Source: Antedon mediterranea
Lineage: Eukaryota; Animalia; Echinodermata
Reading direction: 5' to 3'
DNA: 64,000 nt
Assembly (NCBI RefSeq): GCF_964355755.1
Contig: NC_092672.1
Span: 4,340,001-4,404,000, forward strand
The translations under genes were made by a program, and so were the position numbers. The notes beneath the pieces were generated by a model. The model did no database searches, had not been told where the DNA came from, and worked only from the letters and a program-made list of their open reading frames with translations. Position 1 is the stretch's first letter. The number at the start of each line of letters is the position of its first letter. Positions 47,953 through 61,661 of the stretch are shown here, piece after piece.

Positions 47953-50900
47953 ATGGATCAGCCACAAGTCTTACCAAATCAAGTCCCAGATTCAGACGCT
48001 GGAGCCCAAAATGATAATGCGGGTGAGTAGTGAAAATGTTTAATGTGCAAACTAAAATTTTAGACTTGTTGTTCAATGTTGTTGGAATCGGGGACGGATC
48101 CAGAGGGTAGCGCTAGGCTCGTGCACTCTCTCTTTTGAAAGCTTCTGTTTAAATAATAAATGGATCTTCCATGGTACATGTTGCTGTAAAGCTTTGTCTA
48201 CACTATCAAACTTTATGTAACAAATGTGATGTACTCATATATGGACACGATGATGTCATATCACTACCACATTTGGGCATATAACCACCATATTTTGGGC
48301 ACATCACACTTTTTTGTCAAACTAGTTTGATAGTGTGGACAGAGCTTAACATTACAAAGATGACTTATAATATTCTGAGAGCAAACAACTGAATTATTGA
48401 AAATCATAAATTTTATTCTCGTTCTCAACCACAAGTTTATTACAATTTTTCAATAGCTTGGACCCCACCCACTGACAACGCCCTTGCCACACCTCAGTTT
48501 AACTGGGAAGAAGCACCAGCAGAGGAGGATGATGCAACAAAAATGAAAAAAGATGCAAACTTTGTTGCCGTTTCTGGTTATGAACAGGTTGCTTTCGATG
48601 ACGGTAAGTTGGAATTTTTAAAACATTTTAACCTTTAATAAAAAGACCAGTAAGTATCTGTACAGAATTCTTTTTATAATGTAAATAGTATTTGACTGTA
48701 GAACTGTATACAGTCCAGTTTTACTTGTAAGGTTGATGTATTAAGATTATATTATTGATGTTTTATTTACTTATTAGTTGCTGTAGCCCCTCCTCAATAC
48801 GAACCACCTCCAACAGATCAGAGACCTGAAGAAAAGTTTGAAAGGTAAGATTATAGAAAAATAAAACGCATAAAAACAAAAATATGAAAATTTACCAACA
48901 ATATCTTATTTTTTTATTTGAAAACATATTTATATAGGATAAAAACATATCAGGTATTGCACCTGTTGACATATGGTCCTGTTTTTTTGACATATCATAA
49001 AAAACCTATGATAGTTATATTCGTCACAGACACAAATAAGAAGTTTAGCAACATACTATTAAAAAAACTATAAAAAAATTGTAATTATTGTATGTTTTAA
49101 CTTGTTCTTTATTCATGTATTTTGATGAATATTTCAGCACTGGATCAATTGATGAATCGACCGTCAGAAGTGCAATCATAGATTACAGAAGTCAGCATTG
49201 CTGCTATGGATCAAAACCTGCAAATGAAATGGAATTCAAAACCATTACACCTTCCAGCGCATTTCATGTACGTTTTATAAATTACTTTTTTATGAATCCA
49301 TAAGCCTCATTAAGGAAGCTAATTTATATTAAAAATGACAAATTCAGGAAAGGGGTAAATTGAACCATCTCCAAAAAATATAATAAACTTACCTAAAGAC
49401 CAATAAATTATTAAAATTGATATACCTTAATTAATTGTACCATAACATAATGCCCTCACCCTATTTGAATCACAGACACTAGACTCCTTAACATCAACCG
49501 TTGTTTTTTCATTTACCAAACAGTACCGTGCCACATCCACCTGGCCTGACCCTGTTGGCATGTCCACCCACCTGGCCTGACCCTGTTGGCATGTCCACCC
49601 ACCTGGCCTGACCCTGTTGGCATGTCCACTCATCTGGCCTGACCCTGTTGGCATGTCCACCCATGGAAGTTACATTAAAAAAATAATAAAGTGAAATAGC
49701 AGTGTTGAAATATATAATGTTCTCTCGTTCTATCGTAGTACCATTTGGAATCCTTCTCTGAATCACGCTCCACCAAACGAGTTTTTGTTCCGTTCTATGG
49801 TGGGAATGTCGACGGACCACAAATGGGTGCAGCGCCATTACCATGGGAAATGCCATGCCAACCAGATAATTTATTCATGGATCATACTAAAACTCTGGAA
49901 GTACCTCATACCTCCGAAATCAAAGTAAGATTTTTGGTTTTTTATTTCTTGTTAAGAGGTAGTCACTGTGATATATATATTTTTACAGTTAAAAAATAGA
50001 GATTGAACATCATGATAAATTTAATTAACATAAATATAAATTTTTCAGTCTTGTTATAACTGTTATGCAAGAGGCTTTATTCGATGTCTACGTTGTGCCG
50101 GAAAAGGAAAGGTACAGTAATTCTGTATTTCATTCATGCAATTCATCTTATTTTGTGATTGTTATAAAATTGTATACACAATGTTCCGAGTTAAGAGATG
50201 AACACAGTATCCTCTATCTCTATTAGTAAAGATTTTCATTGTTGCTATACAAATAGGTTACATGCCCTAACTGTAGAGGCAATGGAACCAAACGAGCTCA
50301 CCACAATGGGCAAATGGTGGAGCAATGCTGTGGCGTTTGCAAGGGAACTGGGCGAGCAAAGTAAGTTTTTTATATTGCAATTTTCAAGTTTTTTCAAACA
50401 AAAGTAAGTCATCGTAGGCCTACATCTGACCCCGGAGACCCATATGCTGTATGTCTGGCTGTATGCATGAAGAGCAAACTTTTCGATACATAAATGTGAA
50501 GATATTTCTATTTCATTGTATTATTTATCTTTATAATGTAATTTATGCATTAAAATTCAGCATATTGATCATATTCTTATTGCATAATTAATGCCAGATT
50601 ATATTATCTTTTTTAGCTGTGATATTTGCAAAGGCTATGCTTGTGTTGCGTGTCCAGTCTGTAACGGATACAAACTGTTGCGACACTTCATCAAGCTCTT
50701 CATTACATAGTAAGTAAAAATAAATTATTAATTTTATATTAACAGTTGTAATATTATATTTATTATTGTGGCACTATTTCTTAGTGGTTAATAACAATAA
50801 TGATGGTTGCTGTCCAGGTCAGGGGTTCAATTCCTACTGTACCCCAGAACAAGTATTTTTCTCATACCTGAAAACCATTCCAATTTCAATGAAGCCTCAC

Positions 50901-52358
50901 AACAAGATAACAATTTTTTGTAATTCATTTATTTTATATGTGGTATATTATATTTATATGGCATAGAGAAACTCTAAATTGCTCATTGATATAATGTAAA
51001 TGAAATGGTTAGGATGAGAAAATCTCTGAGAATGAGAAAAAGCATATGTTTTTGTTATTTTCTTTTATTTAATTCCTCTCTTTCCAGCAAATGCCATAAA
51101 ACAGACTATGTACATGAGGATACAGGCTTACCAAACCACTTGATAAAATCTGTCAATGGAAAGTTACTGTTTGATCAGTCAGGAATCCAGGTATGTTTAT
51201 TTGACCATGTGGTCTGTTTACTTTGACTATGACTTCTGTTTACTTTGACCATGTGGTCTGTTTGTCAGTAGCAAGTGACCAGAGCACTCACAGTAGGAGG
51301 TGTGAACATGTTCTCTTTAAAGGTCAAGACAATGGACTATAAAGCTCCGTCTATCAAACTTTATGTGACAAAAATTGTGATGTGCTCATATATGGGCATG
51401 ATGATGTCATATCAATACCATATTTGTGCATATCACTACCATATTTGGGTACATCATACTTTTTTTTATCAAACTAGTTTGATAGTGTAGTCAGAGCTTT
51501 ACACACACACAGCCACTGTCACACACATCCACTATGATCATAACTATGTTCATTGTGCAATTGGGACTGGACAGGTTTAGAGGTGTTTACCACTTGTTGG
51601 TCCCATCCTTTACTAATTGTGTGTCATGCCTATTTCTTTGGATGTACATCTTTGTGAAAAGTTGAATAAATAAAAAAAAAATATATCTGTCTTCGTCTTC
51701 TGTTGTCCGCAAGATTTCATGATGACATACAAACATTTGTGACTGGTATTTGACTGTATTATTTGTGTCCAATTGTCAGGTATGGCCAGTTGCTACATTC
51801 CCTGTAGCAGAAGTTAACACAAATTCAGCAAGGATCGTGGATGAGCATCGCACTGCTAGACCAACAGAAAGAATTGTGCAACAGGTATTTGAGTTTCTCA
51901 AATTGTGATATTTTGTATGTTTTCATCATATTTACCCTCTTTTTGACATTATGAGCCTGTTCAGATGTTACAATTTACACATGTAATGGTTGCGTGTTGT
52001 GTAAATTTTAAGATAAACAGCTGTTTCAAAACCCAACCCAACATGAGGTGGATTTTTTAGTTTAACCGCAAGCTCATTAACCACAAGATAGGGAGCAATT
52101 TGACCTTTTACAGAACAGTTCGTTTGACAGTAATTCCATTTTGCTGTTTATTATAAAATATTATATGATTCATTTTATTATTAAACTAATTTGATTCCGT
52201 TTTAATTTCAGCGACACAATCTTCGTGCTATTCCAGTTAGTGAAGTTGAGTATAGCTGGAAAACCACTGTCTCCAAATTCTGGGTTTATGGCTTTGAAAA
52301 TGCAGTTTATTGTCCGGACTATCCTCAGTCATGTTGCTGGGGCTGCACTATTATTTAA
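47953..52358 (+). CDS. SSUH2: SSUH2 homologue B (404 aa, 11 coding exons)
   Basis: Exons 47953-48022, 48457-48603, 48778-48844, 49138-49267, 49739-49924, 50049-50111, 50257-50360, 50617-50709, 51088-51190, 51780-51884, 52212-52358 (1215 nt). The last nine exon sizes equal those of paralogue A; ends DYPQSCCWGCTII. Confidence 0.88.
49537..49662 (+). repeat. 31-bp minisatellite, 4 copies
   Basis: Unit CACCTGGCCTGACCCTGTTGGCATGTCCACC. Confidence 0.9.
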
Positions 52359-52963
52359 GATATCACAATTCATCATCCACCTCAATATTTTGTACATACT
52401 ATTAACTTTTTAGTTTTATGAATGTTGTTCCATATTTGGTATTTGTAAATTATAAAGTATGGGAATAATTGTATATTTATCTGGTTTTTTTTTTATATAT
52501 TATGTATTATAATGGTTCAAATACGGGTCTTGGTAGTATTGAGCGATTAATACCAGATTCACACATACAAAAATCTTATAAAATGCAATGTACTGTAATA
52601 AATTGTTACCTTGGTATGAAATGTGATGGTGTTTAATTCATCGATGTAAAATCCTGGAACCCAACGTGAGGCTTGTATGGTATTACATCAATGTAACACA
52701 GCCGTATCTGTGTATGTATATTTCTTTTACAGGACGCATACATCACATATGTGTGAAAGTGTTGTGACTCGAAAAGATTATATTTTGTAAGATTTTTGTT
52801 TACTGTGAATTGGGTACAATATTAGTTTATCAAGAAAGCTTTTTAATGTACAAACAACTTTGATTCATTAACAGTACATGAAGTATACAATGTATAAGTA
52901 GTATGTTACAAAAATTATAAAATTTCATCTTGGTTAACTTGTGGAATAATAATTCATTTTTCT

Positions 52964-55900
52964 TTAACTAACATCCCACTCCTCCTGTTCCATGAATGGA
53001 TCATCTGCTTCCAAGAAATCGTCATTGTAACCATGATAGTCATCTTCGTATTCATTATGCCAATCAACTTTTAAATTACCATAGTTATTTGCTCTTAATT
53101 CCTCATCGTCATCCACAACATCATCTTCATCATCGGTATAAAATCCTCCTTTAATACAACAAAAACAATTCGTAATAAATAAATAAAATTAAAGATTTGT
53201 GTATCTATATTTAAAGTACAGTTGTTCTATGTGAAAGATTCTATTTAACTCTAAAGCTCCGTCTATCAAAACTTTATTTGACAAAAAAATGTGATATATG
53301 GACATGATGATGTCATATTACTACCATATTTGGGCACATCACACTTTTTTTTGTCAAACTAGTTTGATAGTGTAGACAAAGCTTAATAAACACCTTACCT
53401 AATATTATAGTGTCATCATCTTCTCTTGTGTACTTTTCCAAAAGAGTAAAACTTGTTGATATGTGTATACTGTTGTTGTGTTTTGAATTTATTGTCTTCA
53501 CAAAATTGCCATCGACACTCGTAGCTACAAGAGATAATTAATTTAAAATCTAATTTTTATGAATAAACAGTAAGGCAGTTTCACGCCTCTGGCTATTTAT
53601 TCTCTGGAAGAGTCTTTTATACGTCCTGTTCCGGCACGTTTAAATCCAACGTCTCATTTTCACAACGCTAAACGCAGTTATGCGCCAATCATTGTGAGCG
53701 TAGCCACGTGAAAACGAAACATTGGCGTTCAATTTTACTTGCCAGTGCCGAATTAGAACCAGTGTGAAAGACCCTTTAAACAATGATTCACAAGTACCGT
53801 ACCTCCTAAATGGAATCTTAAAGGTTTGCCTGTCTTGAGAGCAAAGTCCACTAACACATTGATGGATTCCTCAGTGACATTCACACATCCTGTCACATCA
53901 ATAAACTCCAAATCCATACAGGCAGATCCTATCGAGGCCAAAGCTGAAATAAAGAGCAGTTGGTGGCATATAAACTACACTGAACTACAATAACAAAGCT
54001 ACTTTGCTTAGAAAATAGGCTACAGTACTGTACTGTATGTACTGAACTACATCTTAGCATGCAACACCACAGTGTAGACCTAGTATAAATTATTAAATAA
54101 GTGATGTGCTAATGGACTATACACTTACTTTAGTAGTATGGCAACTTTTTTTTTGTACTTTTATTAATATTCAATTTGTTCGGTTTGTATTGGTTAACCC
54201 TTCAAGGCCGGTTCACACAAGAGCTATGAAAGGCAATACTAACAAATGCGCATATCTAAGTAAAATATGACTGCTCCATCCATTCATAATGCCTAACCAC
54301 TTAATTACAATTGCGGACTCAAAAGAAACAAATTCTTACCATTATCACTGAGTTGATGACAACCTTTCATGCTGAGCTTTCTCAAATTGGTGAGCAAACC
54401 TAAAGATTGCAGTCCACCTTCACTCACCTACAAAGAAACAAGACTCCATAATACTGAAAACCTCACACATAGGAGTCCCTTAATTCTCTGATCCTACCTA
54501 CTTGTATGTAAAATGCATTGTGAATACCAGACATATGTAAGGTAAGTACTTGAAAATGTATTCATAATTCATAATAAATTTCTTCCAAAATCGATAGGTC
54601 ATTGGCTCTGTGTATATTTAAAGTACAATTGTTCTATGTGAAAGATCCCATTTAACTTTAAAGCTCTGTCTACACTATCAAAGAACTTTATGTGACAACA
54701 AATTCTAATAAACTTACTTGATTTATGTAACTAATATTAAGCTCTTCAAGGTTCTTGCAGTAAGAGGTGATGGCATTTATCCCAACATCAGTCACATCTA
54801 TAGAACCTTCAATAAGTAAACATCTATAAATACACAACAAAGGTGGTAAAAAACTTAGCTTAACATACTAACTGATTTACTACAGTACAAATTAGTATAC
54901 TCTATTATAAGCAATGAAAAATACATAGTTAATTCAAATTTTAGTGTAGCTGTAGCTTGGTGGTTACCAATCCCAAGGTCCAGGGTTCAATCCTGACCTA
55001 GTGCTAGGGTTGTAACTCACAACTTTTAACTCCACTCCCTGAGCCTCAAATGAGACTTAGTTTATAAGCACGATAAATTATAAAATAGTTCATCCATCCT
55101 TTAAATGCTGAGTTTGTGCTCACTGTTGGATGCGTATGAAAAAAAATAGATCAATTAATATTACTAATTAATATATCTAATTACCTTATTCCTGGATTGC
55201 TTCCACAGACACTTCCAAGTGTAGCATCAGTCAGTAGTGAATTATGAAGAATCATCAATTTTTCCAAGCTGGTCAAACCAGAGAAACTCAAACTTGCTTG
55301 GCTAACTAAACGTATTATAAAAAGAAATTAGAAAATAAAAATTGGTTTTTGTAATATTTAACTTATGGTACAAAATAATAAAGCACATGGTTTGCAAGCT
55401 TACAAACTATATTAAATTGCTCTTCTATTTTTCTTGCCTGATGCACTACATACAGTATGTTTTTGTACATGCTTATAGATATGCTCTAATGGTTTTGAAC
55501 TGATTGGTGGAGCTGTAGCTTGGTGGTTAACATGCTCGCCTTCCAATCCCAAGGTCTGATTTCAATCCTGGCCTAGTCCAGGGTTTTAGCTCGTGACTCT
55601 TTCAACTCCACTTCCTAAGCCTCAAATGAAACTTAGTTAGTAATTGGCGAGTTTGTGCTCTCTGTTAGATGCGTATGAAAAAAAATCTAGGTGCAGAAAA
55701 AATGGTCATTAACAATTTATATAATGTTACACATTTTTTATACATACATATGAAAAGAGAAAAATGAGCTTACTTTTATTGTAGCTTCCTTTCAATGTCA
55801 AATGCTTTAGCTTTGCTAGTCCCTATAAACAAAACAACAACCATAATTCGTAACATTTTTTAATAGAGGCTATAAAAGGATACTCGGGAATTTGAAGTTT

Positions 55901-58900
55901 GACTGAACCTCAAAATGAGTGAAAAAGCTAGATTAACAACATATAATAATCTAATAACAATAATCTAATCTCACCCTTTCAACAAACACCACCACATCAA
56001 CAATTTCCCTTTCAATATTTACTACCCCTCCTCCAAAACTGCCCTTTCCGACCCCTTCTCCCGTCCTCCTCCACCTTCCTTACAAAGTGTACATACCTTA
56101 CTTAAACACTTTATTGCAGAACTAGTTATAGAAACACAGCCACTGAGGTCAAGATGTGCTATCCTTGGACACCTTTTAGGAAGATGCGACAACCCTTCAT
56201 CCGTAACACTTCTACAACCATCCAATACAAGGTCAGTAAGATTTTCTGACAGCATATAAAAACACTGTAAGAATAAAGATACATCACAAAGTAGTATTGT
56301 TAATTTAGATTGTGCTGTCTATCGTACAAGGAGAGTTATTTAACTATATCACACCTAAAATTAAATAAATGTTGGTTGAATTTGTTAAATTTGAAAAGTA
56401 TTTTATTAAAATGTTATAATAAAAATTTTATATATATATTTTTGTTTTTGTTCTAAGAGATCTTAGAATAAGATTTTTGTTCTCTCTTTTGCTATGGATA
56501 CAGTATATTATGTCACCATGGATACAGTATATTATGTCACCATGGATACAGTATATTATGTCACCATGGTATTCCGAAATAAAAAGATGAATGAATGAAA
56601 TAATAACATACTTGTCCTGAAATACGATAATTTTCACTAACGTCCACATATTCTAATTCTTTGCAATAATGGAAAAGCCACCACAACCTGAAATTATAAA
56701 GAAAATTAAATACAACTAGAAATTAATAATTACTCATTTAATGTAATTACATACTGGAGCAGTATGATTCAACAAGTTCTATCAAATTAGTGTTAACTTA
56801 TATTCTATGACATTTGTTCAACCTTATCCACTACCTCATAACATTTAATATAACCAAACTAACAATCTAACAACAGGTCACTGAGTTCGCCTTGCCAAGA
56901 TAGGAACTTGTAACAGTCCTTTGATCTTATGTCTGGCTGCGACAAATACAAAAAGTACTGTACATATTCTCCGCGGCATGCTGTTTCTATTTATGGAACT
57001 GATTGTGTCGCAGCCACAGATAAACCCTTTGATCTACGAAGCTCAGCATCCTGTTGTTAGATTGTCTTGATACAACTTACCCAACTTACAACTTACCCCT
57101 TTTCACCAAAATTGTTACACTTTTTTAGGCTGATCCACTGAAAAATCAAAAGTATAATACATGCACAACTATACAACTATATTTAAGTGTAATTTCAGTG
57201 TTAAATTATAGTGAAAAAAACATGCTAAAGTATCTGCAGACTGACAAAAATCAACTTTTAATATTATTATAAACCACTTTTTTGCACATGCGGTAAAAGC
57301 TGGTTTTACAGGATTTGTTTTCTAGAACGTTAAACCTGGATGTACAGTATGTATAAAATGGGTTTAATAAAACTGTACACCAAAAACTACTATAGTAGTG
57401 TGTAACCATGTTTGTAGAAACCCACATCTGCTCGTTCTACGAACTACAACGCAAGGTGGTGTTTGGCATGTTGTGCAGGTTAGGGCGGTCAGATGTCATA
57501 AAATGTATTCATGAATTTGCTTTTCCTTCATCCAATCAACATAGTAGATGGATAAAGCTATTGTTCTAACCACGTGACTATGTGGCGTAGTTTTTTTTTT
57601 ATATATCTACATACTGTATATATATATATATATATATATAAACAAATCAGGTAAAGAACATTAATTCTAAACCGCCCGGTGATATACTGAAATTTAATTA
57701 ATTAATTTGAAACGATAAAGATGAGGAAATCTGTGAGAATGAGAAAAAGTCGCCCCAACCGAGACTCGAACTCGGACCGCCTGCTTGATATGCAGATGTC
57801 CTAACCATTAGACCACTGAGGCTTATTTGTTATATTTACAATAATGTACACTAATTTGTTACTGAACTATGGAGAATTTTTTTTTTCTTTTTCCGAAATA
57901 AAAGATGAATGAATGTACAAGACTACTGATTATCTCTATTTACATATACGATACATTACTTTGAGTTGGCTGCACGATGAGGCTAAAAACTTGAGGGAAG
58001 ACTTGGTTACTTTTACTGATGATAAATCAAGCTTGACCAACTTCTTACATCTCTGTCCTATAAAAGTAACATTAAATTAATTAAGCCTAACAAAACGTAA
58101 ACATGCAAGCCCGGATACAGGAGTGCTGTGGGTAGCAGTGGCTTAACGCAGAGGCCCGAGGCCCCTGGTTTAGGGACACCAAGTGGCCCTAAGGCTAGAA
58201 GCATTGGACGTTTTTTAGCCATTTTTAAAGACTATTTTAATGCCTTTTTTCCTCCGAGTCCCCTGTGTTTAACCAGTGAGTGCTCATAGCAGTTACACCA
58301 CTGGTTACTATTATTATTCCACCACCTCCCCCACCTCAACGTGAAACTTTCTGTAGTATTTTGATAATCACTAAAAATTGGGGCCTACCTACCTATGAGT
58401 TCAACTGCCCAGTCTGTGAGCAAGTACGGCGATGATGAAACATCTAATTCCTTTAAATTCCAACATCCTTTTTTCAACAGAATTCTTAATATATTATCGG
58501 TCAACACTGTAATTAAAAGATGACAATTTTCACTTCATGGTGAATTTCGGGATGTCATATGGTAAGATAACAAGGCCGTAGCGAGAGGTTAAAAACAGAA
58601 GAGGCAAAGATGCTTTAAATATAATTATTAATATAAAATATGACGATATGTGCTGGTGAATTGGGGTGGGTAGTGAAAATTGAAAATGTCAGGCGAGGCG
58701 AGCGCCTTGTTTGCCCCATGCTGGCTACGGCCATGATGAATGCAATGTGTGTTACATCCATGTTGCACAACTATTAAAGTAATTCGTCTTGATGCTAGAA
58801 TACACTGGATTTGTTCAGCACTCATTCTTACTTATATCTAAAAATCCTCCAAACAGTCCACGTGTGTCGAGTTTCTCCAACGACTGCCAGCTTTTAAGTG

Positions 58901-61661
58901 CAACGCTCTGCCATCTTTTAGAAACTGTGAAGAAAAAGTGAGAAGAAACATTTAATATGCTGTTGCCAGTATTTTTAGCAGGAATATAACATATATGTAT
59001 ACTGTAGACTCTCGGATTAAAGCTTAAGCACGATCAGTGGGCTGTTTTAAACTGGTAGAAATACCTTGTGGTATTGAAAGTCAGTGCATGAGTCAAATCC
59101 ACCCATTGCTACATTTCTCTCCAAAAAGGCGAATCGAGGGTGTAGTGATAGCGTTTTCCTCTTTTGAAAGCTTCTTTTTGATATAGATTTTTGACAGACT
59201 ATTACATTAATTGTTAGCACTTTCTCGTATAAAAGATCCTGCATCAGCCCCCCACCCTCCTCCTTCACACTAATATTTGTCTTTCAAAAAGAATTACCTC
59301 TTTCAATCTGCACTCTTTCCTTTATACCAAGATATGAAAATATGTACAAAAGAACATCATTAGGAATAACATGAATGCCTTCTACGGCATAATCTCTGAT
59401 ACTGGCTGTAGCTTCTTCATCTTTGACACTGGCCATGTCTAGTTCATCTCTGATACTGGTTGTAGCTTCTTCATCTTTGACACTGGCCGTGTCTAGTTCA
59501 TCTCTGATACTGGCTGTAGCTTCTTCATCTTTGACACTGGCCGTGTCTAGTTCATCTCTGATACTGGTTGTAGCTTCTTCATCTTTGACACTGGCCGTGT
59601 CTAGTTCATCTCTGTTACAGGTTTCTACTTCCATTTCATTCACAATCTGTGTCAAAACAAAGTTAGTCAATCAACAATATGGAAAGTTTACAATCATAAT
59701 TCATTATCAAGAGTACAGTAGGATTGTTTCCTTTTTTTTATTTTCTTGGTGCTTTCGATATTTGGCAAGTCAGATTAGAATTAACAAATTCAGGACACAT
59801 AAAGGATGAAGTGATTGCAGTGTAAGCTATTTTGCGAGTGTTTTGAAATGTTGATATTTTTAACAATTTAATTATTTTTGTTCTTTTGCTTTATAAAACA
59901 AACAAATTTAATCATTGGACATTTTGTTTTATCATGGACCTATACATTTATACTTCAATTGTTTTATCGATAGTATAGATTTTTTTAAATTTTTTTTTGT
60001 TTAAATTTAAATTTTTTTTATTTAATGGTAATGAGTGAAAGCTCTTAAATTATATCAATTCCACACAAAAAAAGTTTATTTTAAAGTACTAAACCTGTTT
60101 TTTGTCGCAACGAATATTTTGAACTTCTCGCCTTTTTCTGTCAGCTGGAAATATTCTCATCAACCTTAAAACAATTAAAATCAATAAAAAATATTCATTT
60201 TTTACTTGACAATTTGATAAATGATTTTCTGATTAATCAGAAAGTTTATATAAAAATGAAAACATTTACTGTATAAGATTATTGGTGTGTTTTTTAAGGC
60301 TATGAAGTCTGTAAAGGCCAATTTACACAAACGAACGGTAACGGTAAGCAGAAAAGCGCATACTGTAGGTTGTCCCACTTGGAATCTGTATCTATCCCGA
60401 GAGGGTTTCCGCTTAAAACACCCAGCTCTGTGTTTTGTGTTTGTGATCATAAGAAAAACCATATAGATCCTATATTTTTGGTTTCTGGTTTATAAAGAGA
60501 TTTTTTTTTATTGGTATATATGGTATATATGGTTTTTCATTTGTTCCAATCATTGTTTTTTGTTTTGTTACTGCAGGGAGTCTAGGCTTAAAGTTTATTT
60601 GTTTGTAACAAAAAACTTATCTAGGCTTCCTTCTACACATGCTTTTTATTATGTTACATCGTGTAATTTTTGTATGTGTAGAAAATTGTTAATAAACGAA
60701 AACGAAACGAAGAGAAATTAAAATAGAAAGTAATAGTATGATGATGATGTAGGGCCACATGCGCACTCCACACCCCTGCCTTTGGATTAGCCTGTGTTAG
60801 TAGTTAACATCGATACCTATCATCTAAACATAGCTCATCTTCTTTTGCCATTAAAGCCATCCTTGCTTCTTCTGGTGTGCTAAATGTTACAAATCCAAAC
60901 CTGAAAATTAAAATAAAAATTATTAAAATCTTTAAAAAAATAATCATTTCTGAGACACATATGCATTAAAGTGCGGAGATAACATTTCATTGTGTTGTCT
61001 TTTCAAGAACATAAGAAAAAATATTTTTTAATCGGCATATTTACCCCTTTGATCTGCGATGATATTTAATGTGATCTTTAACGATAAACACTTTCGTAAC
61101 ATTCCCAAATGATGTAAAGAAATCCCACAATTCCCTTTGTGTTACCTGAAACAAAAACAGAAAAAAAAAATGTGTTTTAAAATACCATAACTTATTAACA
61201 TATCAACAAATATCTAAAGCTATGTCTACACTATCAAACTTCATGTGACGAAAAAAAAATCTGATGCTCCCATATATGGGTACATCACACTTTTTTTGAT
61301 GTGATGTGCCTGCCCAAATATGGTGGTGATATGTTCAAATATTGGTAATGATGTGACATCATCATGTCCATATATGGACACATTTTTTGTCACAGAGCTT
61401 AACAAATTTGATGAACCTAGGCATTACCCTGTAGCTTATGTTTCCAACAAATATGGTGCAGTTATGTTCATCTTGAAAGGAGGGCGCACTAACTTCTGAT
61501 TTATCACGGATATTACGACTTTCTATTGACCTAGATGAGCTTTTAACTGTTTTATTTAATGTTTCTCTGTCACAATAGTAGTAGATCTGATCAACATCTG
61601 TTCCTTCGTCACTGTCTGTATGTGGCAACAAGGGCTTTGAATAATTAAGTGCGTTTCCCAT
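52964..61661 (-). CDS. RRM + F-box + LRR protein (EEED8.10-like), about 747 aa, 18 coding exons
   Basis: Exons 61661-61428, 61145-61045, 60900-60817, 60164-60095, 59646-59298, 58924-58832, 58506-58393, 58057-57960, 57137-57097, 56687-56612, 56264-56097, 55822-55774, 55305-55185, 54823-54718, 54427-54340, 53943-53803, 53524-53399, 53148-52964 (2244 nt, phases consistent). RNP2 IFVGNI, RNP1 KGFGFVTF, F-box IPNDVLLYIFSYLGIKERVQIERVSKRW, cysteine-containing LRRs (LDLSGCVSIT) and an acidic tail. Confidence 0.85.
54945..55685 (+). mobile_element. Two copies of a tRNA-derived SINE (about 54945-55145 and 55507-55685)
   Basis: Shared AGCTGTAGCTTGGTGGTTA head, TTCAATCC B box and GAGTTTGTGCTC..GATGCGTATGAAAAAAAA tail. 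Confidence 0.7.
56862..57065. mobile_element. Short MITE
   Basis: Perfect inverted ends ACAATCTAACAACAGG / CCTGTTGTTAGATTGT. Confidence 0.65.
57751..57822 (-). tRNA. tRNA-like cloverleaf with ATC (Asp) anticodon, probably the head of a SINE or a tRNA pseudogene
   Basis: 72 nt GCCTCAGTGGTCTAATGGTTAGGACATCTGCATATCAAGCAGGCGGTCCGAGTTCGAGTCTCGGTTGGGGCG; all four stems can form; followed by TTTTT, then a body and a (TA)n tail at 57618-57640. Confidence 0.6.
59396..59612 (-). repeat. Coding 54-bp minisatellite (IRDELDTASVKDEEATTS x4)
   Basis: Near-identical 54-nt units within exon 59646-59298. Confidence 0.92.

Noticed and set aside
59423-59809. 128-aa Ser/Leu-rich ORF on + strand
   Set aside because: Antisense shadow of the 54-bp coding repeat.
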